NCBI GenBank assembly: GCA_963836075.1
Contig: CAWIIB010000001.1
Coordinates: 512,001-576,000, forward strand
Direction: 5' to 3'
DNA from: an uncultured Acidobacteriota bacterium
GTDB taxonomy: Bacteria > Acidobacteriota > JAQAZP01
Length of the DNA stretch: 64,000 nucleotides
Below the pieces are notes generated by a model, which saw only the letters and a list, made by a program, of their open reading frames with translations, made no database searches and had not been told where the DNA came from. The position numbers and the translations under genes were made by a program. Positions 60,447-64,000 of the stretch are shown here, piece by piece (the stretch's first letter is position 1; each line of letters begins with the position of its first letter).

Positions 60447-61157
60447 TCACACCGGCAGGCTGGTCAGATCAGTTTTCAGCGGCCCGCCCCATGGCGGCAG
60501 CAGCGAGCGCCGCAGGGGGAGCAGGGGACAATCGAAGAGGTTGGCATCCACAAGACCGGCCATTCTGGTTTCCACCGTCACCAGTCGAACCGGAATACCG
60601 GTCCTGCGGCTCACCTCGCAGGTCAGTTCGTATCCCTGGTAAATCAGTTCCGGAGTGGTCTCCTCCATCAGGTGCGTATTGGAGACCAGGCCCCCCACCG
60701 AGAGCCGCGAGGCGGACTGCACCTCGTCGAGGATCTTGATGCAGCCTTGGGCAGTGCTGGTGAACGGCCGGTTGCCGTTGATCACGAAGAGCAGCAGGGT
60801 GGACTCGGGATCGAGCACGTCGGCCAGGCTGCCCAGCACCCGGGCCCCCACGTCATCCCCGCCCACGTCCCCCACCACCGCCATGAGGTCGTCACCCAGT
60901 GACCCCCGGATCTCGGGCAGGATGATCGGCAGGTCGGCGAAGAACTGCGCACCCTTGGGCGCCACCACTGTGGCCCCCCGCTTTTCCAGCTCGGCGGCAG
61001 CTTCTCGGCAGCGAAAATAGGGGTTGACCACGTCGAGGTCGAGAATTTTCACGGAATAGCCCAGATCGAGGAGGTGATGGCTGTAACTTACTGCAGTTTC
61101 AGACTTTCCGCTGCCATAAGTGCCCGTGAACAGCGTGACTCGTTTCTCCTTGTCCAT
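60447..61157 (-). CDS. P-loop ATP-binding protein (MinD/CobQ-like), commonly found with Vor-type operons
   Basis: GTYGSGKSE, DLDVVNPYFR.RE, DVGGDDVGA, N.NRP, NTHL. Confidence 0.8.
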   Translation of the reverse strand: MDKEKRVTLFTGTYGSGKSETAVSYSHHLLDLGYSVKILDLDVVNPYFRCREAAAELEKRGATVVAPKGAQFFADLPIILPEIRGSLGDDLMAVVGDVGGDDVGARVLGSLADVLDPESTLLLFVINGNRPFTSTAQGCIKILDEVQSASRLSVGGLVSNTHLMEETTPELIYQGYELTCEVSRRTGIPVRLVTVETRMAGLVDANLFDCPLLPLRRSLLPPWGGPLKTDLTSLPV

Positions 61158-61210
61158 GGCAGCGGCTTTCCCGTTGAAGACCGTTTCAGTTCAGCTTGAA
61201 GAACGGGGCT

Positions 61211-61239
61211 ACTGTAACAGATCGTTTCATCGACTTCAA
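61211..61239 (-). promoter_or_regulatory. Possible promoter of the oxidoreductase operon
   Basis: Minus strand TTGAAG-17 nt-TACAGT about 55 nt upstream of ATG 61157. Confidence 0.35.
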
Positions 61240-61388
61240 GAAAGTCAGCCCGTGGAAGAGGGGTTTCGGGGGTGAGGCGCCATACCCCCTATCCTTTCCC
61301 TGACAACCAGTTACCGTTACAGAGAGGGGTCATTCCCACGCCTCCGGAAGGGTGTGGCGGCGCGGGCCGGGCCGCTGCCGGGCCTGCT

Positions 61389-62714
61389 TCAGCGGGAGGG
61401 GGAATAACCGTGCCGCGGGTCTCCACCGGCGGCCACCAGGACCAGATTCCGCGGGTCGAGGTGGGCCCTTGCGGCCTGGAGGATGCGGGGGGCGGTGACC
61501 TGCTCCACGTTGTCCACATAGTGCTGGATGTGGTTTAGGGGAAGGCCGTTCAGCTCGGCGTCCAGGTAGTAGCCGTTCATATCCTGGTTGGTCTCCAGGC
61601 CGAAGATGTAGTTCCCGGTGATGTAGCGCCGGGCCGATTCCAGTTCTTCCGCCGGCACCGGCTCTTCCCGGATGCGGCGGATCTCGGCCAGGATCCCCTC
61701 CACCGCCAGGGCCTCGTTTTCCGGGGCGGTGCCGATGTAGCAGAGAAAGGCGCCGGGGTCCACACCGGCGGAGGAGGTGATGGAGCCGAAAATGCTGTAA
61801 GCCAGACCCAGCTCATCCCGCAACCGGCTGTTCAGACGGGAGGTGAAACCCCGTCCCAGGATCTTGTCCATCACTTTCAGCGGGAAGAAGTCGGGATCGT
61901 TGCGCCTGATCCCGGGGTGGCCGAGGTAGATGTTCACCTGCTCCTTGCGCATGGGGATCCGCTCGGTCACCAGTCCCCTGCCGGCCAGGCTCGCCGGATC
62001 GGGAGGGTCGGGGGTCTGGCCGGCGTCCCCGGGCTCCCAGGCCCCGAAAAGCGCTTCCACCCGCGCCAGGACCGTTGCGGGATCCACGTCCCCGGACACG
62101 GCCAGACAGGTGACGCCGGGGGCGTAGTGCCGGCGGCGAAACCGGCGGACGTCCTCCGGGGTCAGCGTCCGCAGGGACTCCTCGTAGCCTTCCACCGGCC
62201 GGTGCCGCGGGTGCCCGGCAAAAACCAGCTCGTTAAACCGCTTCAGCGCCACCGAACGGGGGTTGTCCTTTTCGGCCACGATATCGGCCAGCACGCGCTG
62301 CCGCCTCTTTTCGAACTCGCCGGCGTCATACTCCGGCTGAAGCAGCATCCGTGCCGGCAGGTCCAGGGCCGTCTCCAGGTCGGCGGAACTGAGGCTGAGC
62401 GAGATGCCGCTGAGCAGATAGCCGCCGTAGGTCAGCATCATCCCGCCCAGCGACTCCACGCGGTGGCTGATCTCTTCGGTATTCAGCCCGCCGGCGCCGG
62501 AGTCGAGCAGCCGGCCGCTGAGCGCGGCCAGACCGGCCTTGCACTCCTCGTCCTGCCGGGCGCCGGCGCGGACCACCGTCTCCACCGAAATCAGGGGGTG
62601 GCTGCGGTTCTCGCGGATGAACAGCCGCAGCCCGTTGGCCAGCACGTGCCGCTGCACCGGGCCGGGGTCGAACCGGGGCCGCTCCCGCGGGCTGCCGGAC
62701 TGCTGCTGGCCCAT
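61389..62714 (-). CDS. M16B peptidase, non-catalytic subunit
   Basis: LANGLR, GLAAL without HxxEH, FTSRL..LRDELGLAYS (R/Y pair). Confidence 0.88.
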   Translation of the reverse strand: MGQQQSGSPRERPRFDPGPVQRHVLANGLRLFIRENRSHPLISVETVVRAGARQDEECKAGLAALSGRLLDSGAGGLNTEEISHRVESLGGMMLTYGGYLLSGISLSLSSADLETALDLPARMLLQPEYDAGEFEKRRQRVLADIVAEKDNPRSVALKRFNELVFAGHPRHRPVEGYEESLRTLTPEDVRRFRRRHYAPGVTCLAVSGDVDPATVLARVEALFGAWEPGDAGQTPDPPDPASLAGRGLVTERIPMRKEQVNIYLGHPGIRRNDPDFFPLKVMDKILGRGFTSRLNSRLRDELGLAYSIFGSITSSAGVDPGAFLCYIGTAPENEALAVEGILAEIRRIREEPVPAEELESARRYITGNYIFGLETNQDMNGYYLDAELNGLPLNHIQHYVDNVEQVTAPRILQAARAHLDPRNLVLVAAGGDPRHGYSPSR

Positions 62715-64000
62715 CAGCCGGCCCCCCCGTCCTCGTCGTTGCCGTCCGCCTCGGGTTCCAGCAGGGCCACGGTTCGTCCTGCCGGATCGAAAAGCCGGCG
62801 TGCCGTCTCGATGATCAGCTCCCCGTCCACCTCGTCCAGCCTGGCAAAAAAGTGATCGAGAAAATCGAGACCGCCCACCATCACCGAACGGCCGAGCAGG
62901 TAGGACTGGTCTTCCAGCGACTGGCCGGCCAGCAGCATGTTCATCCAGATCTGCCGCCGGGCCCGGCGGATCTCCTCGTCCTCCACCCGTTCCCGGCACA
63001 GCAGGTCCAGCTCTTCCTGCAGGGCGGCCTCCAGCCGCTCCAGCTCCACACCGGGACGGGCCTGGCCGCAGAGCTCCATCAGGAAAGGCAGCCGGGAGGG
63101 CAGGAAGCTGAACCAGGCCTCGGTGGCCAGCTGGTCCCGCTGGATCACCCGGCGGAAGATCCGCGAACTCTTGCCGTAGCTCAGCAGGTTGTTGAGCACC
63201 AGCAGCACGTAGGAGTCGGGGTGTCCCATGGGCGGCGCCTGGTAGTTTATCTTGACCTCCGGCAGGTGTGCCGGCAGCCTGAGCTTGATCCGCCCGCCGC
63301 TTTCGCCGCTGGGGGTGAAGCTGCCGGCCGTTTCCGGCGGGAGGCTGCTGGCGATGGTGGAGGTTCCGCCTGGACTGCCGGGGAAGCGGTCCTCCACCGC
63401 GGCCAGCGCGCGCTCCGTCTCCACGTCGCCGGTGATCACCAGCAGCGCGTTCCCCGGGCGGTAGTATTGGCGGTAAAAGGCGATCATCTCCTCCCGCTGC
63501 ACCTCCTGCAGGTCGCGCAGCGAGCCGATGACCCCGCAGCTGTACGGGCTGTCCGGCAGCGCCGCCAGCAGGGCCGCCTCCTCCAGCAGGAAACTGGGGT
63601 CGTCCTCGCTGATCATCCGCTCCTGGATCACCACCTGCCTCTCGGCCTCGAACTCGTCCGGTGGAAAGAGGCAGCCGTCCATCTGGCTGGCCAGGATCTC
63701 CAGGGCGATCTCCCAGCGGTCGCAGGCAAAGTTGAAGACATAGTAGGTGTGGTCGAGGTCGGTGTAGGCATTGTTCGAGCCCCCGTTGCGGTCGCAGATC
63801 AGGTCCACGTCGCCCTTGGCGAAACGGTCGGTGCCCTTGAACACCATGTGCTCGAGAAAGTGGGCCAGCCCCGAACGCCCGGCGGGCCGGTGCGCCCCGC
63901 CGGCCTGGTACCAGAGGGTGATATTGACCCCGGGTATGGAGTCCACCTCCTTGACCAGCAGACGGAGGCCCGAGGCGGTGGTGTGGCTGGTGAACCGGCG
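62714..64000 (-). CDS. M16B zinc peptidase, catalytic subunit; 5' end lies beyond the window
   Basis: GLAHFLEHMVFKGT (HxxEH), NAYT, ERQVVIQER, YYRPGNA, GKSSR. The frame stays open to the window edge. Confidence 0.92.
   Translation of the reverse strand, partial: RRFTSHTTASGLRLLVKEVDSIPGVNITLWYQAGGAHRPAGRSGLAHFLEHMVFKGTDRFAKGDVDLICDRNGGSNNAYTDLDHTYYVFNFACDRWEIALEILASQMDGCLFPPDEFEAERQVVIQERMISEDDPSFLLEEAALLAALPDSPYSCGVIGSLRDLQEVQREEMIAFYRQYYRPGNALLVITGDVETERALAAVEDRFPGSPGGTSTIASSLPPETAGSFTPSGESGGRIKLRLPAHLPEVKINYQAPPMGHPDSYVLLVLNNLLSYGKSSRIFRRVIQRDQLATEAWFSFLPSRLPFLMELCGQARPGVELERLEAALQEELDLLCRERVEDEEIRRARRQIWMNMLLAGQSLEDQSYLLGRSVMVGGLDFLDHFFARLDEVDGELIIETARRLFDPAGRTVALLEPEADGNDEDGGAG

Overview
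High-GC window (roughly two-thirds G+C by eye) from a diderm bacterium. It carries Kdo/heptose LPS genes, lolA and tat, plus anaerobe-type enzymes; several gene families suggest Acidobacteriota or a similar lineage (weak inference). Much of it is housekeeping: acnB, miaA, ruvX-mltG, ribBA, lolA, a polyprenyl synthase, kdsB-pyrG-kdsA-kdsD-kdsC, ADP-heptose genes, tatAC, a C-terminal protease and an M16 peptidase pair. Three loci stand out. (1) 19039-26204 is one apparent operon that could span the whole envelope: a Cyc2-like outer-membrane monoheme cytochrome-porin fusion, a type-1 copper cupredoxin, a Tat-exported Rieske protein, split cytochrome b6 and subunit IV, a membrane-anchored coiled-coil octaheme cytochrome c and a lipoprotein monoheme cytochrome c. 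This is a candidate extracellular electron-transfer conduit wired directly to a Rieske/cytb complex. (2) 35065-36693 encodes a circularly permuted cofactor-independent phosphoglycerate mutase-like enzyme with altered substrate motifs. (3) 53725-61157 is an operon joining a four-subunit 2-oxoacid:ferredoxin oxidoreductase to a NuoEFG/HydCBA-like module that has electron-bifurcation signatures but no catalytic hydrogenase or FDH domain. Also present are a family of short REP-like hairpin repeats at two intergenic loci, three frameshifted genes whose breaks fall at palindromic/GTAC sites, and an internally deleted gene remnant. I saw no rRNA, tRNA, CRISPR array, transposase or integrase. All calls come from motif recognition by eye; no database search was run.
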